From positions 1 through 32,197 of the forward strand of contig DVHV01000059.1 of NCBI GenBank assembly GCA_018711775.1: a stretch of 32,197 bases of DNA, in the 5' to 3' direction. Source of the stretch: Candidatus Onthocola stercoravium (GTDB lineage: Bacteria; Bacillota_I; Bacilli_A; RF39; UBA660). The translations under genes and the position numbers were made by a program. Position 1 is the stretch's first letter; each line of letters starts with the position of its first letter. The notes under the pieces were generated by a model. That model was not told the origin of the DNA, ran no database searches, and saw only the letters and a list, made by a program, of their open reading frames with translations. This document shows positions 8,884 to 17,300 of the stretch, one piece after another.

Positions 8884-8968
8884 CCAAAATAGGGATTTGC
8901 TAACAAATATATATGCATCAAGGCAATGGTGTTGCAGACCTATGCCTTAACCAATTGACTATAGTTTC
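8884..8968 (-). pseudogene. Decayed tRNA-Cys(GCA) copy, inverted relative to the functional gene
   Basis: The minus strand reads GAAACTATAGTCAATTGGTTAAGGCATAGGTCTGCAACACC... The 22-nt block TAAGGC[A]TAGGTCTGCAACACC matches the real tRNA at 21 of 22 positions. After the anticodon loop there is a 5-nt insertion, then CCTTGAT, then AT-rich filler and a residual ..GCAAATCC.. T-loop. No 3' acceptor strand is present. A hairpin AATCCC/GGGATT (8878-8897) plus a T-run follows on the minus strand. Confidence 0.65.
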
Positions 8969-9083
8969 GCATTTAAATTTAACTTGTGGTAAAAATTGTC
9001 TTTTGTTTGACGAATAAATTGTCAAGAAATATTGCTATTTGTCGAATATTTGGTTATAATAAAAAAGAATAGGGAAGTGTGGT

Positions 9084-9908
9084 ATGAATACCGAAGCAAA
9101 ACAAAAACTTACATTTCGTGAAGTATTGAAGTTAATTTCCACTATTATTAGTTGGACTGTTTTTGTTTTGCTAGTTATTTGTGCAACATTTTTATTATAT
9201 TATTTTGTAGCTACTAAAGTGTTTGTTTATTTCGGTAGTAAATATGAACCAAAATTTTCGCTTTATACAATTATTAGCCCAAGTATGACTCCAAATATTA
9301 ATGTTTACGATGTAATAGTTGATGTTCGAGTAGATAATCCTGAAGACATTGAAATAGGAGATGTTATAACTTTTTACTCCGATAGTCCAGAATTACATGG
9401 AGGGACAATTACTCATCGTGTAATTTCAATAATAAAAGATTCGGAAGGAAACTACAGTTATCAAACTAAAGGTGATAATAATTTAGTAGAAGATAGTACT
9501 ACAGTTCCATATGATAAAATAGTAGGTAAAGTAGCTTTAAGAATTCCTCAATTAGGAAAAGTCCAATTCTTTTTGGCGAGTAGCTATGGCTGGTTATTAT
9601 TAATTATGATTCCAGCGCTTTATATAATTTTTAAAGATATAAATCGTTTGATTAAAATGAAAAAAGCAAGTAAAAATACAGATAACAAAGAGTGTAATAA
9701 CAAACCAAGTCGACTAAAAGAAATACTAAATAGACCATTATTTAACAAAGAAAAAGTAAAATTATTGAGTTATACACCTAAAACAGAAAATCCTTCTCCA
9801 GAAAATAATAACTCAAATTTATCAAATGAAGCATACACTCCACCAAAAAGTATCTTTGATATTTATGATGACGATGTGAGTATCGATGACTTACCAAAGT
9901 TAAAGTAG
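9084..9908 (+). CDS. Signal peptidase I, SipW/archaeal-eukaryal (S26B) type, with a long low-complexity C-terminal tail
   Basis: An N-terminal TM helix is followed by IISPSMTP (catalytic Ser box), THRVI (His box) and TKGDNN. A second TM helix and a roughly 90-aa Lys/Asn/Pro-rich tail follow. Confidence 0.8.
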   Translation: MNTEAKQKLTFREVLKLISTIISWTVFVLLVICATFLLYYFVATKVFVYFGSKYEPKFSLYTIISPSMTPNINVYDVIVDVRVDNPEDIEIGDVITFYSDSPELHGGTITHRVISIIKDSEGNYSYQTKGDNNLVEDSTTVPYDKIVGKVALRIPQLGKVQFFLASSYGWLLLIMIPALYIIFKDINRLIKMKKASKNTDNKECNNKPSRLKEILNRPLFNKEKVKLLSYTPKTENPSPENNNSNLSNEAYTPPKSIFDIYDDDVSIDDLPKLK

Positions 9909-9992
9909 AAGTAATTCTGCTTTTTTCTTGACATAAAAAATGTCGAAATAAATATAATTTGTTAAGATTTTAGTAATTAAAGGGGGAAACTT

Positions 9993-11315
9993 GTGAAAAA
10001 AATCTTAAAGAATTACAAAAACACTTTGATTTTATTGGGATGTGTAGTCATCGGAGCTGTATGTGGATTAATATTTAAAGAAAAAGCAGAAATTGTCAAG
10101 CCACTTGGTGATTTATTCTTAAATTTATTATTAGTGATTATTGTTCCTTTAATATTTTTTACGATTACTTCATCAATATCAAAGATGAGAGAAAGAAGAA
10201 GATTAAGCAAAATTCTAATAAGCACTATTATAATCTTTTTAATAACATCTATAATTGCAGTAATTGTTGGATTTGCTTCAACTATTGCTATAAATTTGGT
10301 TGATCCAAAAGATACAGATGTTATACGAGAAACATTTGATGATAGTATTACTGAAGAAGTAGAACTAAATTTATTAGAAAGAACAGTCAGTGTTTTATCG
10401 ACAGATCAATTTGTTAATTTGCTTTCAACAGATAATTTAATTGCTTTAATAGTTATTTCTATTTTATTTGGTATAGCTATTAATAAGAGTGGTGAAAAAG
10501 GAAGAAAAGTTGCTGAACTACTTGATTCATTTAGTGAAGTAATGTATAAGTTTATTCATATAATAATGTATTATGCCCCAGTTGGCTTAGGATGTTACTT
10601 TGCATCTTTAGTTGGAACTCTTGGTAGCGTCATAACGATTGGATTCTTAAAAACATTTTTTGTTTATTGGGTAGTAAGTTTGTTATTTATGATTATATTC
10701 TATACTATATATGCATATATCGCTGCTGGCAAAAAAGGAATTAAAGGATTTTGGAAAAATATTATACCATCAGCATTAACAGCTATGGGAACGTGTTCAT
10801 CGGCAGCTAGTGTACCAGTTAATATTGAATGCACTAAAAAAATTGGGGTGCCAAATGATATCGCTGAAACGGTAGTTTCTTTTGGAACGAGCTTCCATAA
10901 AGATGGCTCATCAATTGGTAGTGTATTTAAAATAATGTTCTTAGTATGTTTATTTGGTACAAGTATTGCTAGTTTTGGAGAAGTTTTAGGAATTATTAGT
11001 GTTGCATTAGTTGCTACTCTTCTAGTAACTGCAGTTCCAATTGGTGGAGGAACAATTTCAGAAATGTTAATCATAACTATGATGGGTTATCCAATTTCAG
11101 CCTTGCCAATTTTGACAATTACTGCTACAATAATAGATATACCGGCAACTATGCTTAATGTTACCGGGGACTCAGTAAGTTCAATGATGGTAGCTCGTGT
11201 TGTTGAAGGTAAGGGCTGGATAGATAATAAAGCATCAGAACTAAAAACAATAGATAATCCAGTAAAAGAAGTTGCTGAAGAAAAACCTAAAAATAAGAAA
11301 AAGAAAAAACATTAG
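9993..11315 (+). CDS. Dicarboxylate/amino acid:cation symporter (DAACS/SDF family)
   Basis: The GTG start lies 7 nt after AAAGGGGGA. The protein is polytopic, with the SDF hallmarks GTCSSAASVPV, FGTSFHKDGS and NVTGDS, and ends in a poly-Lys tail. Confidence 0.85.
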   Translation: MKKILKNYKNTLILLGCVVIGAVCGLIFKEKAEIVKPLGDLFLNLLLVIIVPLIFFTITSSISKMRERRRLSKILISTIIIFLITSIIAVIVGFASTIAINLVDPKDTDVIRETFDDSITEEVELNLLERTVSVLSTDQFVNLLSTDNLIALIVISILFGIAINKSGEKGRKVAELLDSFSEVMYKFIHIIMYYAPVGLGCYFASLVGTLGSVITIGFLKTFFVYWVVSLLFMIIFYTIYAYIAAGKKGIKGFWKNIIPSALTAMGTCSSAASVPVNIECTKKIGVPNDIAETVVSFGTSFHKDGSSIGSVFKIMFLVCLFGTSIASFGEVLGIISVALVATLLVTAVPIGGGTISEMLIITMMGYPISALPILTITATIIDIPATMLNVTGDSVSSMMVARVVEGKGWIDNKASELKTIDNPVKEVAEEKPKNKKKKKH

Positions 11316-11354
11316 AAGTATGATGATTCAATTTAGTAGTTTTATTAAGTAGTC

Positions 11355-11534
11355 TTGACAGAGATAAAATATATAGCTGAGAATATTTTAATGATGATAA
11401 TAAAATGAATTTCACTTGATGAATACTTTCTGGGATAACTCCCTTATCAGTTAAAGCGTATGAATAAAATTCATAAACTAAGGTGGTACCGCGGGCCTTG
11501 CTCGTCCTTAATTAGTTTATGAATTTTTTATTTT
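11355..11534 (+). promoter_or_regulatory. T-box leader (Phe-specific by context) with promoter and terminator/antiterminator, controlling pheST
   Basis: A TTGACA -35 element lies at 11355-11360. The conserved T-box sequence AAGGTGGTACCGCGGG is at 11480-11495. The terminator arms AAAATTCATAAACTAA (11467-11482) and TTAGTTTATGAATTTT (11512-11527) are followed by a T-run. A UUC triplet at 11428-11430 is a candidate specifier. Confidence 0.85.
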
Positions 11535-11546
11535 AAGGAGGAGAAT

Positions 11547-12554
11547 ATGGAAAAGGAATTAGAAAGTTTAATAACAAGTTTAAAAGATGAACTAGCAAGT
11601 TGTACCAAAGAAGCCGATATATTAAATGTTAAATCAAAATATGTTGGTAAAAAAAGTCGTATTACAGAAATTTTAGGTAACTTAAAAAATATGACTGTCG
11701 AAGAGAAGAGAAAATATGGTAGTCTAATTAACAACACTAAAAAAGAAATGGAAAGTATCATTGCAAGTAGTTTAGAATCTTTAGAAAGTAAGGCAAACAT
11801 TACTTTTGATGATACCCTAGATTATGATATTGAAAATGGTTCTTTGCATCCGGTAACGATTGTTGCTAAAGAAGTTACAGATTGTTTAAAAAAGATGGGC
11901 TTTACTGTAGTTAGTGGTCCGGAAATGGAATCAGAATATTATAACTTTGAAGCATTAAATGTTCCTAAAGATCACCCAGCAAGAGACATGCAAGATACCT
12001 ATTATTTGGATAATGGCATGCTTCTTCGAACTCAAACCAGCGACAACCAAATAAGAGGAATGGAAAACTATGGTGCGCCACTTCGTATTTGTGCTCCAGG
12101 TAGAACATTTAGAAATGAAGATTTAGATGCAAATCATGAAAATACTTTCTTTCAAATCGAAGGTATGGTAATAGATGAAAATATTTCAATTGAAAATTTA
12201 ATGTATGTCATGCAAGAATTACTTAGTGAAGTATTTAAAACAGATTTAAAAGTAAGACTTCGCCCTGGATTCTTCCCATTTACTGAACCTAGTTATGAAA
12301 TGGATATGAGTTGTGTCATCTGTGGTGGTAAAGGCTGCCCAACTTGTAAAAATGGTGGCTGGATCGAACTTATCGGTTGTGGTATGGTTCATCCCAATGT
12401 CTTACGTGCTGGTGGTGTAGACCCTGAAAAATATACCGGTTTTGCCTTCGGTATAGGTTTAACTAGACTTGCTATGATGAAGTATAAGATAAGTGATATT
12501 CGTGTTTTAAATTCTGGAGATATCCGTTATCTTAAGAACTTCGATATAAAATAA
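11547..12554 (+). CDS. pheS: Phenylalanine--tRNA ligase alpha subunit
   Basis: The RBS is AAGGAGGAG. It carries the class II aaRS motifs (HPARDMQDTYY, FRNEDLDANHENTFFQIEG, GFAFGIGLTRLAM) and is followed by pheT. Confidence 0.97.
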   Translation: MEKELESLITSLKDELASCTKEADILNVKSKYVGKKSRITEILGNLKNMTVEEKRKYGSLINNTKKEMESIIASSLESLESKANITFDDTLDYDIENGSLHPVTIVAKEVTDCLKKMGFTVVSGPEMESEYYNFEALNVPKDHPARDMQDTYYLDNGMLLRTQTSDNQIRGMENYGAPLRICAPGRTFRNEDLDANHENTFFQIEGMVIDENISIENLMYVMQELLSEVFKTDLKVRLRPGFFPFTEPSYEMDMSCVICGGKGCPTCKNGGWIELIGCGMVHPNVLRAGGVDPEKYTGFAFGIGLTRLAMMKYKISDIRVLNSGDIRYLKNFDIK

Positions 12555-12566
12555 GGAGGATAATTT

Positions 12567-14894
12567 ATGTTAATATCATGTAATAAATTAAAAAGTCATA
12601 TTAAAAATAGTGAAGACATCGATTGGTTGAATATATGGAATACTTTTACAATTCGTACTGCGGAAGTAGAAGGTGTTAAAAAAGTTGGAGATCAAATAGA
12701 CAATATTGTTATCGCCGAAATTGTTGAATGCGTTAAACATCCTGATAGTGACCATATGCATGTTTTAAAAGTCGATTGTGGTGAAGCTGAACCAATCCAA
12801 GTTGTCTGTGGAGCTCCGAATGTTCGTGTTGGTTTAAAGACTGCCTATATCAAGGTCGGGGGACACATTGATGGTATGGAAATAAAATCTCGTCCTTTAC
12901 GTGGCATTCTATCTAATGGTATGTGTTGTAGTGGACGTGAACTAGGTATTTCGGATAATCATGATGGTATTTTAGAATTCCCTAGCGATGCACCAGTAGG
13001 AACTGATGTTAAAGATTACCTACCAATAGATGATATAATCGTCGAAATTGATAACAAATCTTTAACAAATCGTCCAGATTTATGGGGTCATTATGGTATT
13101 GCTCGTGAAATTGCTGCCATAACTGACCATGAATTATTACCATTAGATTTGGCGGAAATAAAAAATGATAAACAAGATTTAGAAATAACTATTAAAGATC
13201 CAAATCTTTGTTATCGATACACAGGATTAAAAGTTGATAACTTAAAAAATAATAAAACTCCACTAGATATGCAAATATTCTTATATTATGTTGGAATGCG
13301 TTCAATATCTTTATTCGTCGACTTAACTAACTATCTAATGCTTGAGTTAGGTCAACCAATGCATGCTTTTGATTCTCGTGTTGTTAAGAAAATTGAAGTA
13401 GGTCTAGCAAGCGATGGTGACACTTACACAACTCTAGATGGTGTAGAAAGAAAACTAACAAAAGATAATCTAATGATTAAAAATGGGGATAAATACTTTG
13501 GTATTGCTGGTGTTATGGGAGGATTAGATAGCGAAATCTTAAGTGATACTGATTCCATATTCTTAGAAAGTGCCAACTTTAATGCTGGTTCAATTAGAAA
13601 AACTGCTGTTGCCTTAGGTCTTCGTACAGAAGCTAGTGCTAGATATGAAAAATCTCTTGACCCTAACATGACTGATGTAGCCATTAAAAGATTAGTTTAT
13701 TTATTAGAAAAAGAAAATCCAGATTTAGTTATTGCTTCCAATCTAACTGATGTTTATCCAACTAAGTTAGAAGAAGGACACATTACCTTACATAAAAATC
13801 TTTTAGATATTTATATGGGAAGAACTTTAAGTGATGAAGTAATTACTAACATGTTAGAAAAATTAGGATTTAAAGTAACAGTAAATGCCGATTCATATGA
13901 AGTAACTGTTCCAACATTTAGAGCAACTAAAGATGTTAAAATTGAACAAGATTTAATCGAAGAAATTGCTCGTATGTATGGTCTTGAAAACTTTGAAGCT
14001 AAACCATTAAAACTAGATTTAACTATTACGGAACATGAAACAATTTACAATCAAGAATATGAAGTAAAACATTTACTTGCAACTAAATATGATATGCATG
14101 AAGTAAATAGTTATATTTGGTATGACACAGAAACTTTAAAGAAACTTGGAGTTGAAAAGACAGGTGTAAAATTACTCGGCAAAAGTGAAAATAACATTCT
14201 TCGTGATGACTTAAGTTTCTCTTTGATGAATATCGTCGATACTAACTTTAAAAACTATCATAAATTTAATGTCTTTGAAATAGCAACAATTATTGAAAAT
14301 AATGAAAACAAAAGAATGCTTAGCATAGTTCTTGCTGATGATGAAAAAAATATTGAAACAATTTACATGCAAGCTAAAAGTATCGTTAAGTATCTATTTA
14401 AGATGTTAAAGAATAAAGAAGTTACTTTTACCAACAACGTCAATGAAAAATCTTATTATGATTCTTCATTAGGTAAAGTTATCAACATTGATAACACCAA
14501 ACTTGGTGAAATTAATGTATTAAATAAAGTTATTACTAACAAGTTAGCTAAGAAAAAAGCTATTGTTTGCATTGATATAGACTTTGATAAATATGTTACA
14601 ATTACTCCAACAACAAAATTAGCAACTGAAGTAAGCAAATACCCAACTGTTGAACTTGATTATACAATCATTATGCCAGAAGGTACAAAATATGATACAT
14701 TAAAACAAGTTCTAAGTGAATTTAAGAGTAATCTAATTAAATGTTATTCACTAGTTGGTACTTATGAAAATAAATATACAATTCGTTATATCCTAGGAAG
14801 TAATACAAAAACTCTTGAACAAAAGGATTTAACAAACTTCAAAGATAGATTTATTGAACACATAAAAAATAACAACCTTTCAATAATCGAATGA
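12567..14894 (+). CDS. pheT: Phenylalanine--tRNA ligase beta subunit
   Basis: The RBS is AAGGAGG. An N-terminal tRNA-binding domain (HPDSDHMHVLKVDCG...) is followed by B3/4 and B5 domains. At 775 aa it has the usual size and the usual position after pheS. Confidence 0.95.
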   Translation: MLISCNKLKSHIKNSEDIDWLNIWNTFTIRTAEVEGVKKVGDQIDNIVIAEIVECVKHPDSDHMHVLKVDCGEAEPIQVVCGAPNVRVGLKTAYIKVGGHIDGMEIKSRPLRGILSNGMCCSGRELGISDNHDGILEFPSDAPVGTDVKDYLPIDDIIVEIDNKSLTNRPDLWGHYGIAREIAAITDHELLPLDLAEIKNDKQDLEITIKDPNLCYRYTGLKVDNLKNNKTPLDMQIFLYYVGMRSISLFVDLTNYLMLELGQPMHAFDSRVVKKIEVGLASDGDTYTTLDGVERKLTKDNLMIKNGDKYFGIAGVMGGLDSEILSDTDSIFLESANFNAGSIRKTAVALGLRTEASARYEKSLDPNMTDVAIKRLVYLLEKENPDLVIASNLTDVYPTKLEEGHITLHKNLLDIYMGRTLSDEVITNMLEKLGFKVTVNADSYEVTVPTFRATKDVKIEQDLIEEIARMYGLENFEAKPLKLDLTITEHETIYNQEYEVKHLLATKYDMHEVNSYIWYDTETLKKLGVEKTGVKLLGKSENNILRDDLSFSLMNIVDTNFKNYHKFNVFEIATIIENNENKRMLSIVLADDEKNIETIYMQAKSIVKYLFKMLKNKEVTFTNNVNEKSYYDSSLGKVINIDNTKLGEINVLNKVITNKLAKKKAIVCIDIDFDKYVTITPTTKLATEVSKYPTVELDYTIIMPEGTKYDTLKQVLSEFKSNLIKCYSLVGTYENKYTIRYILGSNTKTLEQKDLTNFKDRFIEHIKNNNLSIIE

Positions 14895-15238
14895 TTATTG
14901 ATGAACAAGAATTCCTGAGTATATTAGTTAACCTTGAAATAGGGAATCAGGAATTCTTTCAATTTCTAGAAGGCAAAGTAAAAAGATATCCTGTCAAAGA
15001 CTTTGGTTGGGGTTGTTTTCCAATTCTTGATGAGAATAACCATATTGTAGATATTTGCATTATTGTACCAGACTTCTTAGATGAATTATGTATAAGAATA
15101 AACATTCATGAATATGCTCATGCCTTTGAACTATTTAATGAACTTGGTCAAGTTTATGTTGAAAATAGGGTAGTTCGAGAAAATAATGCCAAAGAAAAGG
15201 AGTTAGAATTTTTAAGATTAAGATCAAAAAAATTCTAA
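14891..15238 (+). CDS. Small (115 aa) HEXXH protein, putative minimal zinc metallopeptidase
   Basis: Its ATG overlaps the pheT TGA stop (ATGA at 14891-14894), and there is no SD. The HEYAH motif is at 15107-15121, within IHEYAHAFE. There is no TM segment or signal peptide. Confidence 0.55.
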   Translation: MIIDEQEFLSILVNLEIGNQEFFQFLEGKVKRYPVKDFGWGCFPILDENNHIVDICIIVPDFLDELCIRINIHEYAHAFELFNELGQVYVENRVVRENNAKEKELEFLRLRSKKF

Positions 15239-15249
15239 TTCTTATTTTT

Positions 15250-15288
15250 TTGATAAAAATTCATTGCATATTATAACCTTATAGGTTA
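15250..15288 (+). promoter_or_regulatory. Promoter with overlapping palindromic operator for the toxin/HTH-ImmA pair
   Basis: TTGATA (15250-15255), a 16-nt spacer, then TATAAC (15272-15277). The perfect palindrome TAACCT-TAT-AGGTTA (15274-15288) overlaps the -10 element. Confidence 0.55.
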
Positions 15289-15314
15289 CAATATATATAC
15301 ATCAAGGGGGATAT

Positions 15315-15641
15315 ATGATTATAATAAAAAGCAAAGGTTATCTAAAAGACTATGACAAATTAATAAAAAGAAAACATCTTGTAAAAGAAGAAAATAGAAT
15401 AAAAGATATTGAAAAAATAATAAATGCTTTTAACAATATGCAAGAATTATTTGCATCTCCTTACAAAAACATATATAACTTTGAACAAAAGAAAGAAAAT
15501 TTAAAAGAAATCTTTACCGTTAGAATAAATCATAAATTACGGCTTGTAATGAAGCCATTAATAGAATATCCATATAATTATATTGAAATAGAAGAATTAG
15601 AGTTTATAAATATAGATGATAAACACTATGGGGAGGGATAA
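15315..15641 (+). CDS. RelE/ParE-superfamily (HigB/YafQ-like) toxin candidate
   Basis: The RBS is AAGGGGGA. The 108-aa product has an N-terminal ..KGYLKDYDKLIKRK.. segment and a C-terminal ..FTVRINHKLRLVM........IEELEFINIDDKHY segment. These fit the RelE/HigB pattern (ysiRin..yRl.f...v.i.dYH). The toxin-first gene order resembles higBA. Confidence 0.5.
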   Translation: MIIIKSKGYLKDYDKLIKRKHLVKEENRIKDIEKIINAFNNMQELFASPYKNIYNFEQKKENLKEIFTVRINHKLRLVMKPLIEYPYNYIEIEELEFINIDDKHYGEG

Positions 15642-15642
15642 T

Positions 15643-16656
15643 ATGCTAGGATTTGGTTCGTTACTAAGAGATTATTTAGATTATTATAAAATATCTCAAA
15701 CAGATTTTGCAGAACGTCTAGGCATAAGTAAAAAACATTTAAATAATATAATAAATGGTAAAGTTGGCATTAGTGAAGAATTAATGGTTGCCATCAGTTT
15801 AATTACTGATATTGATATTAAGTTAATTGTATTTGCAGAAAAACAAAGAAGAGTTTATAACTATTTACACGAAAGATTTGATAATGAAAAATCTATCAAA
15901 GAATTTTTAAATACATTTTATCTTAAAGATATGTCTAAATTAGGTTGGATTAAACTAAAAGATGTTACTAACACTACCCAAAATGCCGTTGATTTATTGG
16001 AATATTTAAATTTAAGTAGTTTTGATTTAACATCTGAATATATAAATACTAAAGTATTATACAAAAAGAAAGATGATGCTAATCAAAAAAAAATCTATCT
16101 ATGGATTAAACACTGCGATAAATTAATTATAAAGCAAAATGTTTTTGAATATTCATCTGCAAATTTCTCTAAGTTACTAGATGAACTAAAACTTGAACAA
16201 AATAAACCATTTGATACGGTTAGTCTAACAAATATTTTAAACAAATATGGTATCTATCTGGTTGTTGAAGATGCTCTTCCTGCAACAAAAATACGTGGGT
16301 GTATGATGGTAAAAATAACCAATCCAGCAATTTATTTAACCAAAACTTTTAAAGAGAAGGCTTCATTCTATTTTGCTTTATACCATGAACTAGCTCACGT
16401 AAAAAGAGATTATAACATGGCTAAAAACAAAATAGTTGTTGATGATTCTACAAGCAAAAAAGAAATAGATGAAGTAGCATTAAATTGGATGATTGATAAA
16501 AATGTTTGGAATTTAATAAAAGAAAATCCAAATGAAGTAAAAGAAATTTGTCAAAAAAACAATATTCCTATTTGCTTTGCTACATCAAGACTTGCTAAAG
16601 AAGGTTTAATTTCATATAAATCGAAATTATATATAAATAATAGGAAAAATTTGTAA
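15643..16656 (+). CDS. HigA-like XRE HTH fused to an ImmA/IrrE-type (COG2856, HEXXH) metallopeptidase domain
   Basis: The preferred start is ATG 15643, 4 nt after GGGGAGGGA. The HTH reads ISQTDFAERLGISKKHLNNIINGKVGISEELMVAIS. The C-terminal half contains FYFALYHELAHVKRD (HELAH). Confidence 0.75.
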   Translation: MLGFGSLLRDYLDYYKISQTDFAERLGISKKHLNNIINGKVGISEELMVAISLITDIDIKLIVFAEKQRRVYNYLHERFDNEKSIKEFLNTFYLKDMSKLGWIKLKDVTNTTQNAVDLLEYLNLSSFDLTSEYINTKVLYKKKDDANQKKIYLWIKHCDKLIIKQNVFEYSSANFSKLLDELKLEQNKPFDTVSLTNILNKYGIYLVVEDALPATKIRGCMMVKITNPAIYLTKTFKEKASFYFALYHELAHVKRDYNMAKNKIVVDDSTSKKEIDEVALNWMIDKNVWNLIKENPNEVKEICQKNNIPICFATSRLAKEGLISYKSKLYINNRKNL

Positions 16657-16661
16657 AATTC

Positions 16662-16690
16662 TTGATTTTCGCCATCAAATACCGTATAAT
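16662..16690 (+). promoter_or_regulatory. Promoter for abiEi-abiEii with an inverted repeat over the -35 element
   Basis: TTGATT (16662-16667), a 17-nt spacer, then TATAAT (16685-16690). The inverted repeat is TTGAT (16662-16666) with ATCAA (16674-16678). Confidence 0.6.
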
Positions 16691-16709
16691 AGTATTGAGA
16701 GGTGAAAAT

Positions 16710-17300
16710 ATGATAATTACAAACGGTATGGCAAAGTATAATTTGAATAATTATTCAAATAAAAATAATAAAATAAGTAGGGAAATTAAAAAAGGAAAAT
16801 TATTTAAGATAATTACAGGACTATATGAAACAGATCCAAATACCCCGGGTTATTTATTAGCATCGAGTATCTATGGTCCATCATATATTTCTTTTGATTT
16901 TGCTTTATCTTATTATGGCTTAATTCCTGAAAGAGTTAGTACAATAACATGTGCAACATTTAATAAGAAAAAAAGAAAGCAATATAATACTAAATTTGGA
17001 GTATTTACGTATAAGGATGTACCATCATCTGCATATCCTGAAGAAATATTATTAAAACAAGAAAATAATTATTCATATCAAATTGCTACTAAAGAAAAGG
17101 CATTATGTGATAAACTTTATTCATTAAAACCTTTAAAAAATCTAAGTAATTTAGAAACTATGTTATTTAATGATCTTCGCATTGATATAGAAGAATTTAA
17201 AAAAATAAATATAAAAAAGATAGAAAAACTAAGCAATTTGTATCATTCAACAAATGTTGCATTGCTTTTAAAGTATTTACGGAGGAATCAAAATGAATAA
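16710..17300 (+). CDS. abiEi: AbiEi-family antitoxin/transcriptional regulator (type IV TA / abortive infection)
   Basis: The preferred start is ATG 16710, after GAGAGGTGA. The pattern GKLFKIITGLYETD....LLASSIYGPSYISFDFALSYYGLIPE is typical of AbiEi N-terminal domains. It overlaps the downstream AbiEii gene by 8 nt. Confidence 0.75.
   Translation: MIITNGMAKYNLNNYSNKNNKISREIKKGKLFKIITGLYETDPNTPGYLLASSIYGPSYISFDFALSYYGLIPERVSTITCATFNKKKRKQYNTKFGVFTYKDVPSSAYPEEILLKQENNYSYQIATKEKALCDKLYSLKPLKNLSNLETMLFNDLRIDIEEFKKINIKKIEKLSNLYHSTNVALLLKYLRRNQNE

Noticed and set aside
10013-11074. Minus-strand ORFs (10013-10225 and 10700-11074) inside the DAACS symporter gene
   Set aside because: They are antisense shadow ORFs within a confidently assigned transporter CDS.
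11528-11800. A 90-aa minus-strand ORF overlapping the pheS start and T-box terminator
   Set aside because: It is antisense to pheS and its leader and has no start context. It is spurious.
13424-14638. Minus-strand ORFs 13424-13684 and 14456-14638 inside pheT
   Set aside because: They are shadow ORFs antisense to pheT.
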